From an uncultured archaeon (lineage in GTDB: Archaea > Thermoplasmatota > Penumbrarchaeia > JASLWR01): DNA of 64,000 nucleotides. The notes beneath the pieces are model-generated. The model saw nothing but the letters and a program-made list of their open reading frames with translations. It did not search any database and was not told where the DNA came from. This document shows, in pieces, positions 1 to 10,416 of the stretch. The stretch covers positions 109,009 through 173,008 of the forward strand of contig CAYSHM010000002.1 of NCBI GenBank assembly GCA_964430885.1, written 5' to 3'. Made by a program: the position numbers and the translations under genes. How positions within the stretch are numbered: position 1 is the stretch's first letter; every line of letters starts with the position of its first letter.

Positions 1-622
1 TTGAAACAGTCTGTACCACCACCGCATGAAATATGGAGGCCGCGATGTTTTCCTTGCTAATTTTCCTTGATAGTAGGTTCTGAACATCCGTTTTGGCAAA
101 TACTCCGCATCGGGATGCAATTGTATAGACCTCTGTGGCTTTGCCCGCCAATCCATCCAGCTCAGATATGTCAACATCAAGCAATGTAGCCATTTGGTCG
201 ATAAAGGCGCCAGTGCCCCCGGCACAGTTCCCGTTCATTCTCATATCCGGACGGCCCCTTTCATCAAAGAATATTATCTTGGAATCTTCCCCGCCAATAT
301 CTATCAGGGTCTTAACACCTGGATGAAAATGTTTGATATAATCCGCCGCAGCTACCACCTCTTGAACAAAGGGGATGTCCATTCTTTCAGCCACACCCAT
401 TCCTGCAGAACCTGTCACAGCGAGCGAGATATCAATATTGCCCATTTTTTTCATTGCCTTCTTGAGCATTCCCTTCAGAGCCTTGGGTATGTCGCCTAGA
501 TGTCGGGAATAATCATTATAGATCATCTTCATGTCCCTGGACATAATGACGAATTTAGCAGTGGTGGAACCGATGTCCGCTCCGGCAATATATCTTATTT
601 TTCCTTTTCTATCTCTTTTCAT
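1..622 (-). CDS. 2-hydroxyacyl-CoA dehydratase activator (BadF/BadG/BcrA/BcrD ASKHA ATPase), partial; runs off the left edge
   Basis: Not in the ORF track. Manual translation from ATG 622 gives MKRDRKGKIRYIAGADIGSTTAK...VTGSAG...QEV...DIGGEDSK...MNGNCAGGTGAFIDQMA...IASRCGVFAKTD, the activase motifs including both Fe-S cysteines. Confidence 0.9.
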   Translation of the reverse strand, partial: MKRDRKGKIRYIAGADIGSTTAKFVIMSRDMKMIYNDYSRHLGDIPKALKGMLKKAMKKMGNIDISLAVTGSAGMGVAERMDIPFVQEVVAAADYIKHFHPGVKTLIDIGGEDSKIIFFDERGRPDMRMNGNCAGGTGAFIDQMATLLDVDISELDGLAGKATEVYTIASRCGVFAKTDVQNLLSRKISKENIAASIFHAVVVQTVS

Positions 623-792
623 GGATGTTCACTTCGAATGATACGGGGAATCTATCCCTAATTGGGTTTTCATGAGGCATTAATACTGGACCTTTTTATA
701 ACTGCTTGCTATAGAATTAACGCACCTGAAATGTTTTTTTGATATACTAAAATTTTTATTACAATATGCATGGAAGATAATGATCGCAAGTG

Positions 793-2451
793 TCATTGGT
801 CTATCCACATGAGGTAAATATCAAGCACATTGGTACCGGTATAACCTCTCTCAATAGTGTGCGCGTATATCTTGAAGAAATGGTATGAATCGTAATTATC
901 CAGATGTTTATTTACCATAGTGTAAATAAATTTCCTTAATTGGTTCTCATCACTTGGATCTGGAATATGATCATTATCAGGATTTGGCTTTAATCCTGCA
1001 AACCCCCTAATTCTTTTTAATAGCTCCTTTCCTTCAAAATAACATCCTGCAGCAGGGGAGTCCCCATCCTTTCCATCTGTAGCCAGGGATAGAAAGGAGA
1101 TCCGGTGCAGCATGTTCCTAAGATGGTCTTCTTCCACAACTCTTTTCAGGAAAAACAATCCAGTATGAAGTGCCCTCCCTCCCATTCCGATACCCGTTTT
1201 TTTCTTATTTTCTTTAATTCCAACATCCTTGTATCCATCCACCGGAATCTTAATTGTGGGCTCACCCCCGGTAAAGAATATTCGCTTGTGAGATTTTTTT
1301 TCTTGATCTTTCAGTCCTCCCGGACTAAAAATATCCAATGAATCATCTCTTTTGAGGCGGGAGGTATTTGTCTCCTCATGAAAATAATTCTTTGCGTGAA
1401 CGATGAAATCCTCAACTAATTCATTGACATTGAATTCCATCGAAGATCGTCCAATAGGATCGAACAATGTTACTGATGAAGTGTCCGAATTCTCCTGAAA
1501 AAAATATAACAGGTCACTTAGCAACCTTTCGTTTGAGTATATGATCTCACTTCTGATGCAGATCTCCTTTCCTTGAGCCTCTTTTCCGAATATATTCCCT
1601 TGAGAAAATACACTGTCTGGGACGATTCCGTTCAGGTCATATTTTTTCAAAATTTCCAGTATCTTATTCATCTCCTCTTCACGGTTAGGGTAGTCATCTC
1701 CTAGATACATAGGACTGGATCCAACCGCCGACAGCACATTATCGTTTTTTCCGTTTTCCGTTTCATATATTTGATATCCCTCTATAGACTGTGCCCGGAG
1801 CTCTCGGTCATCCGTAACATCACTGAGAACAAGATTGAACATTTTCCTGCCGCTGTAAATGCCAGCCAATTTTCCGCCTTTTATGGTGGACAGCCACTTC
1901 CTGATCCTGTTGATCTCCCTGATGTCAGCTCCTGATAATACCAGTGCCTTGTACAGATCCCTTAATTCGGTGAGCGTAAGCCCTTTGATAGGCCGCACCA
2001 TAAGGGATGAGGCGCCTCCGCTAAGTAGGAAAAAACATGTACCCTGGTTTTTGGATACCTCTTCATACACCGTTCTTCCGGCTTCAATACTGCCTTTTCC
2101 TGGGTAGGGGTGTTCACCTTGAATACATATTATTGGATGGCTCTCATGAAGCTTATTTATTGTTAAGTGATCATCCAATAATTCCTTTAATGAAAAATCG
2201 TAACCCCTGGGAAAAACTATGACGCTCCTCATAGGATAGGTTTCATGCAAATCCGAAAAACTCTTCTCTATCCACCTGAAGAATCCTTTGATCATGAGAA
2301 CCGAGGCTTTTCCTACTGCGATCACCAGAATTCCGCTTTCAAGATCTGTAAGAGCCTTGGCGGTTAGATTGTCACACATCCATTCGTAGGTCAGTTTCTC
2401 GGGATTACTCAATTGAAAGACCTTTTTTACAATCTCTTTGACCTCAACCAT
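793..2451 (-). CDS. Glycerate 2-kinase (MOFRL/DUF4147 family), with insertions
   Basis: AVGKAS, HPYP, LLSGGASSL, IKGGKLA, LSDV, GGEPTI, GGR, ATDGKDG, TGTNV motifs. Confidence 0.85.
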   Translation of the reverse strand: MVEVKEIVKKVFQLSNPEKLTYEWMCDNLTAKALTDLESGILVIAVGKASVLMIKGFFRWIEKSFSDLHETYPMRSVIVFPRGYDFSLKELLDDHLTINKLHESHPIICIQGEHPYPGKGSIEAGRTVYEEVSKNQGTCFFLLSGGASSLMVRPIKGLTLTELRDLYKALVLSGADIREINRIRKWLSTIKGGKLAGIYSGRKMFNLVLSDVTDDRELRAQSIEGYQIYETENGKNDNVLSAVGSSPMYLGDDYPNREEEMNKILEILKKYDLNGIVPDSVFSQGNIFGKEAQGKEICIRSEIIYSNERLLSDLLYFFQENSDTSSVTLFDPIGRSSMEFNVNELVEDFIVHAKNYFHEETNTSRLKRDDSLDIFSPGGLKDQEKKSHKRIFFTGGEPTIKIPVDGYKDVGIKENKKKTGIGMGGRALHTGLFFLKRVVEEDHLRNMLHRISFLSLATDGKDGDSPAAGCYFEGKELLKRIRGFAGLKPNPDNDHIPDPSDENQLRKFIYTMVNKHLDNYDSYHFFKIYAHTIERGYTGTNVLDIYLMWIDQ

Positions 2452-2472
2452 TTTCTGCCACCAGCAGACGAT

Positions 2473-3450
2473 CTAGGAGTCGTATACCTCAGGATTGACA
2501 ATGTTGGGAGGCATCTCTCCCTTGAGTATTTTTTCCATATTCCGGCATGTGGTTACTGCCATACCCCGCCGTGTGATGAGTGATGCAGAACCGATATGGG
2601 GAAGCACTACGACATTGTTCAGTTCAAGAAGTTTCGGATTGATTATAGGCTCTTCCTCAAAAACATCCATCCCAGCACCCCATATTTCACCATTTTTCAA
2701 TGCATCTGCGAGATCTTTCTCGTTGACACATGCACCCCGTGCAGTATTTATGAAGATGGCCGTCTTCTTCATGAGCCTGAACTCTCTTTTGGTGATCAGA
2801 TGATGTGTTTCTTGAGATAATGGGGTGTGGAGAGATATGAAGTCGCTCTCAGTTAATAGCTCATCCAGACTGCAGTACTGGGCTCCTGTATCGCTTTCTA
2901 AAAGTTTATCGGGTTTTCTATTATGATAGAGTATAGTCATATTGAATCCAAGGGCCCTTCTAGCTAGGCTTCCTCCGATCTTTCCGGCTCCAATTATTCC
3001 CAGAGTCTTACCATGAACGTCTGCCCCTAGGAATAGTTCAGCCCCCCAACCTGTAAATTTACCTGATTTGGCATATTCATGGGCTTCCGGGATCCTTCTT
3101 GCAGATGCCAATAACAATGCAAAAGCCAGGTCAGCAGTTGTTTCGGTTAAAGCTCCTGGTGAATTTGTGACAGGTATACCCTGTGAAGTGGCATAATCAA
3201 CATCAATATTATTATAACCCGCGGCATAATTGGATACTCCTATCAAGCCTGGAACTGACAGCACCTCTCTGTTGATATTGTCGGTCAGAAGACATATCAA
3301 TCCGGTGCACCCTTCCAGGCCTGCTCTTATCTCCTTTACTGTGGGTATTGTTTCTTCCTGTCTGATAATAAGTTCAAAATCCCCGTCCAGAAGGTCCAAT
3401 CCTTTCTTGGGTATCTTCCTTGTTACAAAAATCTTCTCTTTCCCTTTCAT
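2473..3450 (-). CDS. gyaR: Glyoxylate/hydroxypyruvate reductase (D-2-hydroxyacid dehydrogenase)
   Basis: LTETTADLAF, GIIGAGKIG, INTARG, DVFEEEP, PHIGSA; next to glycerate kinase. Confidence 0.85.
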   Translation of the reverse strand: MKGKEKIFVTRKIPKKGLDLLDGDFELIIRQEETIPTVKEIRAGLEGCTGLICLLTDNINREVLSVPGLIGVSNYAAGYNNIDVDYATSQGIPVTNSPGALTETTADLAFALLLASARRIPEAHEYAKSGKFTGWGAELFLGADVHGKTLGIIGAGKIGGSLARRALGFNMTILYHNRKPDKLLESDTGAQYCSLDELLTESDFISLHTPLSQETHHLITKREFRLMKKTAIFINTARGACVNEKDLADALKNGEIWGAGMDVFEEEPIINPKLLELNNVVVLPHIGSASLITRRGMAVTTCRNMEKILKGEMPPNIVNPEVYDS

Positions 3451-3533
3451 TTTTTCACCTGGATATGATAGATTTTTTCCATGTCAGATCCAATATAAAC
3501 CCCGCAGTGGCTGGAGACGAATATTCGCGGTAT

Positions 3534-4391
3534 CTATCTGCCCTTATCATTCAGAAGCTGGACCATGTCCTGTTTGAATTCAGGTGAGATATATCCTTTC
3601 CTGCAGAGTTCCTCGATGTTTTCTTTACGTTTCTTGATAATTCCCTTTTCACTTCCAAATTCCAGTATGCCATTTTTTCTCTCGGCCACACCTGAAGCGT
3701 GACAGCTGAAAGGTACTAGTTCTGGTCGGGATATTATCTCTGATAATATCTTCATGAACATGGGCAGAGCGATGACAGCAAAAAAACTGGTATAGATATA
3801 GAACCAGCTCATACGGCTTCTATCTCTTTCCATCCATGCGTAAATTGCCAGAAGAATGCCAGATGCCATCAGGGCCGAGAAAAGAAGGTATTTCAAAAAA
3901 ACAGGCACATTTCTATCCATGTACTCTGAAGTTATGAGCACAGTTCCAGAAACGATGAAAATTGCTGCTGATATGAGTCTCAATGTCCAGCCTTTATCCA
4001 TACCTTTGTAATTGATTACAAGATCGGCTACGATGATCAAACCCAGAATAGGTAGTATTGATGATGTCACATAAGTGAATACTGAGGCTTTTTCTCTATC
4101 TGGAAGATTATAACTGACCACCAAGAAGATTAGAAGAAGGGATAGTCCGCCGCAGAATGCTACACATGCCCTTTTGTAGAATGCATCGTCCGGGTTTCCT
4201 TTGATGAAGGGATATGTCAGGGATAATGTAGCAGTAATTAATGGCAGCAGTCCAGCAATCCAGTCTGGAAAAAAAAGCGCGAAAATAATTGTTGAGAATA
4301 TGGACAGAGGGATCAATACCTTATGTGTGGTAATAATCCGCGGAAATCTCTTGTCATGCTTTCCTCTCATTTCATTTTTTACAATGGACAA
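3534..4391 (-). CDS. Multi-pass membrane protein, possible C-terminal SHOCT-like motif
   Basis: About 6-7 hydrophobic segments; ends IEELCRKGYISPEFK. Confidence 0.6.
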   Translation of the reverse strand: MSIVKNEMRGKHDKRFPRIITTHKVLIPLSIFSTIIFALFFPDWIAGLLPLITATLSLTYPFIKGNPDDAFYKRACVAFCGGLSLLLIFLVVSYNLPDREKASVFTYVTSSILPILGLIIVADLVINYKGMDKGWTLRLISAAIFIVSGTVLITSEYMDRNVPVFLKYLLFSALMASGILLAIYAWMERDRSRMSWFYIYTSFFAVIALPMFMKILSEIISRPELVPFSCHASGVAERKNGILEFGSEKGIIKKRKENIEELCRKGYISPEFKQDMVQLLNDKGR

Positions 4392-4688
4392 GTTTACCCT
4401 CCTTGATGTTATGTTATGGTGTACCTTTATTGAAAAATATTTCCCAGATATTTATCGATAAATCCTGGAGTATGATATAATAATCGTAATAATTGCTTCA
4501 ATAAATGTCGATGGGATATTGGTTATTGTCAGTATAGAATAATAATAGTATTGACGAAAGAATAAGTCGGAAAAATAAAAAACAAACTGTAGATAGCAAA
4601 GTATAAATGAATAGAACAGCAGGAATAAAACCTGCTGTTCGGTTCTTGATATACTGCTTAAGGGTGTGGATCTCTTCACAAATCGTTT

Positions 4689-6110
<1,422 letters not shown>

Positions 6111-6220
6111 TTACAATATATAGGGGTTCGCTTCATTAATGAAAATCAATGGAACAATTTAGGCCCTTCTTGTCATGTAAAAGCGAGTATTTTTTTGCTC
6201 TAGCATACTTAAGGAAACGT

Positions 6221-6799
6221 TCATAAATTATTTTTTTTCTTGAAGATTATCTGTTCCACTTTATTAAGAATTTCTTGGGTGATTTTCATATTATTCTCCT
6301 TCATGGCCACCAGGGTAGCCGTTTCAGGAAAAATGTTCAATACTTTTTCCAGTTCGGAAGCTCTTCTCAATAGTTCTTCATCTATCTCAAAACCGGTAAA
6401 GATTTCGTCTTTGGAACTTGTTTTCTCTTTACTGATTTCCTCAACCGGTTGGTCTTCCTCTACTGGGATCGATTTAATAGAACTGGCGATATCCTCGTAA
6501 GATGGTTTGAAAGGATTGGGAGTTTCAATGTCCTCCCAGGTAAAGTTGGGAATAAAAGTTGTTTTGGATATGTCTTCTTCAATAGCATTTTCTCCCGAAT
6601 CAAGGATGGATTTCAGATGTCCACTGGAAATTGCTAGATCTATCAAATTATTTGCCTGTTCCAACGGAAACAATCTAAGGTCCATTGCCAGTACAAAGGC
6701 CATTTTGGATCTTCGAAGCGGTTTTCCGCCTTCCTTTTTGAACAATATGGAAATGCAGGTCTTTAGAGCACTTTTCTTCTTATTCATACGATCCTCCAT
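6221..6799 (-). CDS. DUF2240 family protein
   Basis: N-terminus LFKKEG..L....AFVLAMDLRLFPLEQA..LI..A resembles the archaeal DUF2240 pattern. Confidence 0.65.
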   Translation of the reverse strand: MEDRMNKKKSALKTCISILFKKEGGKPLRRSKMAFVLAMDLRLFPLEQANNLIDLAISSGHLKSILDSGENAIEEDISKTTFIPNFTWEDIETPNPFKPSYEDIASSIKSIPVEEDQPVEEISKEKTSSKDEIFTGFEIDEELLRRASELEKVLNIFPETATLVAMKENNMKITQEILNKVEQIIFKKKNNL

Positions 6800-6947
6800 T
6801 CAATCTATCATTAATAATCAAATATCAATATTGGGTATGATTTCATGATATATTATACTTTGAGAATCTATAACAACTTAGATTTATCTGTGGATGTATA
6901 ACCAGTAGCCTGATTGCCGGGAAACTACCGCCAAATAGATTGAGTTT

Positions 6948-7631
6948 TCAGATGAAATAACTGATCCCTATTATTGCGCCTTTAACCCCTTTTTCACAAA
7001 GATGGTCAACTGAATCCAGAGATATATTTCCCCCTACATAGAGGTTCATTTTTTCCTTCAGTATCCGATCTATGAGTCTCATATCTATTTTATTATGGCT
7101 GCTAGCGCCCTTCATAGACCCGAAATCGGTAAAGATAATGTTCTCGACTCCCAAGGAGGTTACCTTATGGACCATATCCTCCACATCCATTTTCATCAAT
7201 GATTCAGATGGAGATAATATGCCGTCATTAAAATCAACTTCAAATAATATATTTGGTGTGAGTTCGAAACATTCCAGAACCGTTTCCAAATTGTCAATGC
7301 CCTTGGTGGATACAACTACAGCAGCTACACCGCTCATGATGGGATCAAAGATTTCTTCTGAATCGGATATCAGCCCTTCGTACCATATGTCAACAATCTC
7401 AGAGCCTTCCTTTAAAACTTCCACCTGTACCTTGTTCTTTGTAACATTATCCAGGTCTATGAGGTGAATAGTGTCATATTCTTCACCTATTTCCCTTATC
7501 AATTTCAAGGCGACCTGTTTCTTCCCATCCCTTACAATTGGTACATATTCTCCATCTTTTACAACTATTGCCATTCCTTTTGAAACGGTTATGGATGGGA
7601 TGATCCTGAATTTATCTCCTGCTGTTTCCAA
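6948..7631 (-). CDS. HisA/HisF-related TIM-barrel protein
   Basis: IIPSI.VSKG.A.V, HLIDLD, VGGNI, GAIIG pattern; divergent from true HisA. Confidence 0.7.
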   Translation of the reverse strand: METAGDKFRIIPSITVSKGMAIVVKDGEYVPIVRDGKKQVALKLIREIGEEYDTIHLIDLDNVTKNKVQVEVLKEGSEIVDIWYEGLISDSEEIFDPIMSGVAAVVVSTKGIDNLETVLECFELTPNILFEVDFNDGILSPSESLMKMDVEDMVHKVTSLGVENIIFTDFGSMKGASSHNKIDMRLIDRILKEKMNLYVGGNISLDSVDHLCEKGVKGAIIGISYFI

Positions 7632-7766
7632 ATAAAACCCACACTCATAAGATAGATATTATTATATATCCAATGCTTCACGCCTGCACTGGTATTTCAG
7701 ATACTTTTTAAAAATTTGAAATAAAAATATTCTTGATTTGAAAAACGTAATTATGGGATCGCCTAT

Positions 7767-8042
7767 TTACATTGGCCCGATTACAACTACATCTTTAACT
7801 GCTTGGATATTGTTGAAATCCAGCACAATGCGCTCCATTTTGTCGGTTTTATACCTAGATATGTCGAGTTCCTCATTGGGTGCCACAAGGACATATTCAA
7901 TTGCACCGGAATCGGTATCTACAACAAAGTTATCAATGATTCCCAGAATATCGCCTGTAGCGCTCATCAATGTTTTTCCCCTGAGTTCCGTGATAAAATG
8001 TTTGTTCTCACCACTGTTGGTTACTATCATATCATCATTCAT
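7767..8042 (-). CDS. PRC-barrel domain protein
   Basis: ELRGKTLMSATGDILGIIDNFVVDTDSGAIEYVLV...IQAVKDVVVI. Confidence 0.85.
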   Translation of the reverse strand: MNDDMIVTNSGENKHFITELRGKTLMSATGDILGIIDNFVVDTDSGAIEYVLVAPNEELDISRYKTDKMERIVLDFNNIQAVKDVVVIGPM

Positions 8043-8077
8043 AATTATCCACCCTCTGGACTATTTGAAGACCGTTA

Positions 8078-10288
8078 TCAATTGTATATCAAAGATATAT
8101 TCTCAATATCACCTGAAGATAGCCGGCCAGATATTTCTTTATTAATGGAATTATAATATTTAATTGTTTCTTCATCGATTGAAGGTTTGAACCTTTTCAA
8201 TACCTTCATGAAGTGGTCCATACTCACACTATGAATGTCGGGGTTTTCCCGAAATGCCTCTATGGCTGCCTCCTGACATATTCCTTCAATATCAGCACCT
8301 GAAAAACCCTTTGTATTTTTTGCTAGATTCCTCAGGTCAACATCTTGAGATATGGGGATGTTTCTAGTGTGAATTCCAAATATTATCTTTCGGGCTTCCG
8401 TATTCGGAGGAGGAACGAAAATCAGCCTGTCAAATCTACCTTTTCTCAGAAAGGCCCTATCTATTAGATTAGGTCTATTGGTAGCGGCAATGACAATTAC
8501 ATCATCATATCTTTCTATGCCATCCAATAGGAGGAGCAGCTGATTAGTGATATTCTGGTTGCCTCTAGGCCCGTCATTTTCGCTTCTTGTACGGGTGATG
8601 GAGTCAACCTCGTCAAAGAAAATGATACAGGGTGCCACCTGCCTTGCCTTTTGGAATATCTCCCTCAGTTTTTTTTCTGCTTCTCCAACAAGCTTGGTCA
8701 GTATCTCAGGTGCCTTTATGGATATAAAAGATGATCTAGCTTGATTCGATATGGCTCTTGCGAGCAGGGTTTTCCCCGTTCCCGGGGGGCCGAATAACAG
8801 CACGCCGTTTGGGGTTTTAATGCCCAGCCTTTTGTATTGCTGGTGATGGGTAAATGGTTTTTCTACGCATTCTCTAAGGTCCCTCTTTACCTTTTCCAAA
8901 CCCCCGATATCCAAGAAGCTGCAGTCAGGTATTTTTACCATTGTTTCCCTCAATGCTGTGGGCATGATCCTTTTCAAGGCATTTCTGAAATCATCCATTT
9001 TGACATTGACTTCTCCTCTATTCTCCTGAGATAATGTGATTTCAGCGGAATGCCATAATGGCCTAAGGGCATTCATTGCCGCTTCGCGGCAGAGCGCTTT
9101 TAGGTCTGCCCCAACATAGCCTACAGTCATTCTTGACAATTTCTGCAGGTCCACTCCAGGATCCAATGGCATTTTTGAGGAATAGATTTTAAGGATCTCC
9201 AATCTTTCCTTTTCGTTTGGAGGCGGGATTTCGATTTCCCGGTCGAATCTCCCCGCGCGTCTTAAAGCCCCTTCTATAGCTTCATGTCTGTTGGATGTTC
9301 CTATTACAATCACACCACCCCCTTCCGGTAGAGAGTCCATGAGGGTTATGAGCTGGGTTACAACCCTTCTTTCAAGATCGCCTGATGCCTGTTCTCTCTT
9401 AGGGGCTATTGAATCAATTTCATCTAAAAGAATTATTGAAGGGGGCTCTTCAGATGCATCATCAAATACCTCCCGGAGTCTCCTTTCAGCCTCTCCGTAA
9501 TGGCTGTCAATTATCTCTGCCCCTCTTATTGTAAATAGTTTTGCCTTGCTTTCATTGGCCAAAGCCCTGGCAATGAGGGTTTTGCCAGTACCCGGCGGCC
9601 CGTATAACAATATACCCTTGGGCGGGGAAATACCCATATCCTTGAAAAGATTAGGGTTCCTTAAAGGGATTTCCACAATCTCCCGAATCTCCTCTATAAG
9701 TTCATCATGGCCGCCGATATTATCATATTTTACTGGAGCGGTTTTCCCCCTGCACATAGTGCTGAAATCACCAGGCCCGATCACTTGTATATCTGTTTGG
9801 TTATTAATCACGGCTGCTTGTCCAGGTTCAATATTTTCAACCCTGAATTCCGTTTTGCTTCCAGTTATATTTATACCCTTTATCCTCACCACATCACCTA
9901 GGGAAAGGGGCCACATTAGCATTTTTTCCCTGATGAAGGAACTGAGGTCCAGAGAAGCTATGGTCTCCGCCTCCTCCTGATCATCACTATTGGGGACCAG
10001 AATGCAGGACGAGCTTAGCGGCAGCTTTGCCTTTTTTATTTGGATTGAACTGCCTGGCATTGTGCCGCAGTTCAATCTGCCCAGGGAGTTCAATCCAATT
10101 TTTTCTCCGTTACCATCCTCAAAAGGATCTGGAAAAACGAGTCCGTAGGATTCCCTGAGGCCTTTTATCAAAACAACATCGCCCTTTTTAGTACCCAACT
10201 TATCCATCATAAATTGGGTAAGAAAAACTTTCTTCGGATTGCTATCTTCCTTCAAAGGGTCCCGTACAGTTACTTCTATGGACATCAC
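8078..10288 (-). CDS. CDC48/VAT family AAA+ ATPase with C-terminal HbYX (IYN)
   Basis: N-domain plus two AAA modules (GPPGTGKT twice, DEID/DEVD, GRFDR twice). Confidence 0.93.
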   Translation of the reverse strand: MMSIEVTVRDPLKEDSNPKKVFLTQFMMDKLGTKKGDVVLIKGLRESYGLVFPDPFEDGNGEKIGLNSLGRLNCGTMPGSSIQIKKAKLPLSSSCILVPNSDDQEEAETIASLDLSSFIREKMLMWPLSLGDVVRIKGINITGSKTEFRVENIEPGQAAVINNQTDIQVIGPGDFSTMCRGKTAPVKYDNIGGHDELIEEIREIVEIPLRNPNLFKDMGISPPKGILLYGPPGTGKTLIARALANESKAKLFTIRGAEIIDSHYGEAERRLREVFDDASEEPPSIILLDEIDSIAPKREQASGDLERRVVTQLITLMDSLPEGGGVIVIGTSNRHEAIEGALRRAGRFDREIEIPPPNEKERLEILKIYSSKMPLDPGVDLQKLSRMTVGYVGADLKALCREAAMNALRPLWHSAEITLSQENRGEVNVKMDDFRNALKRIMPTALRETMVKIPDCSFLDIGGLEKVKRDLRECVEKPFTHHQQYKRLGIKTPNGVLLFGPPGTGKTLLARAISNQARSSFISIKAPEILTKLVGEAEKKLREIFQKARQVAPCIIFFDEVDSITRTRSENDGPRGNQNITNQLLLLLDGIERYDDVIVIAATNRPNLIDRAFLRKGRFDRLIFVPPPNTEARKIIFGIHTRNIPISQDVDLRNLAKNTKGFSGADIEGICQEAAIEAFRENPDIHSVSMDHFMKVLKRFKPSIDEETIKYYNSINKEISGRLSSGDIENISLIYN

Positions 10289-10416
10289 AAACTCTTCCCT
10301 ACTATCAGAAAATATGCTAGAGCCAACTTATTCATCATAGCTGCATTATTAGATGAAGTATGAAAAAATGCACGGCTTGTAGAACAACAATGTTGAACGA
10401 GTGATTATACAGAGGG

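Noticed and set aside
135-499. Plus-strand ORFs at the left edge
   Set aside because: Antisense shadows of the activase gene on the minus strand
2449-2475. gyaR TAG stop is in frame with glycerate kinase, 7 sense codons apart; possible amber/pyrrolysine read-through fusion
   Set aside because: One-in-three chance of being in frame; the spacer has a GGTGG SD for independent initiation; no pyl genes in the window
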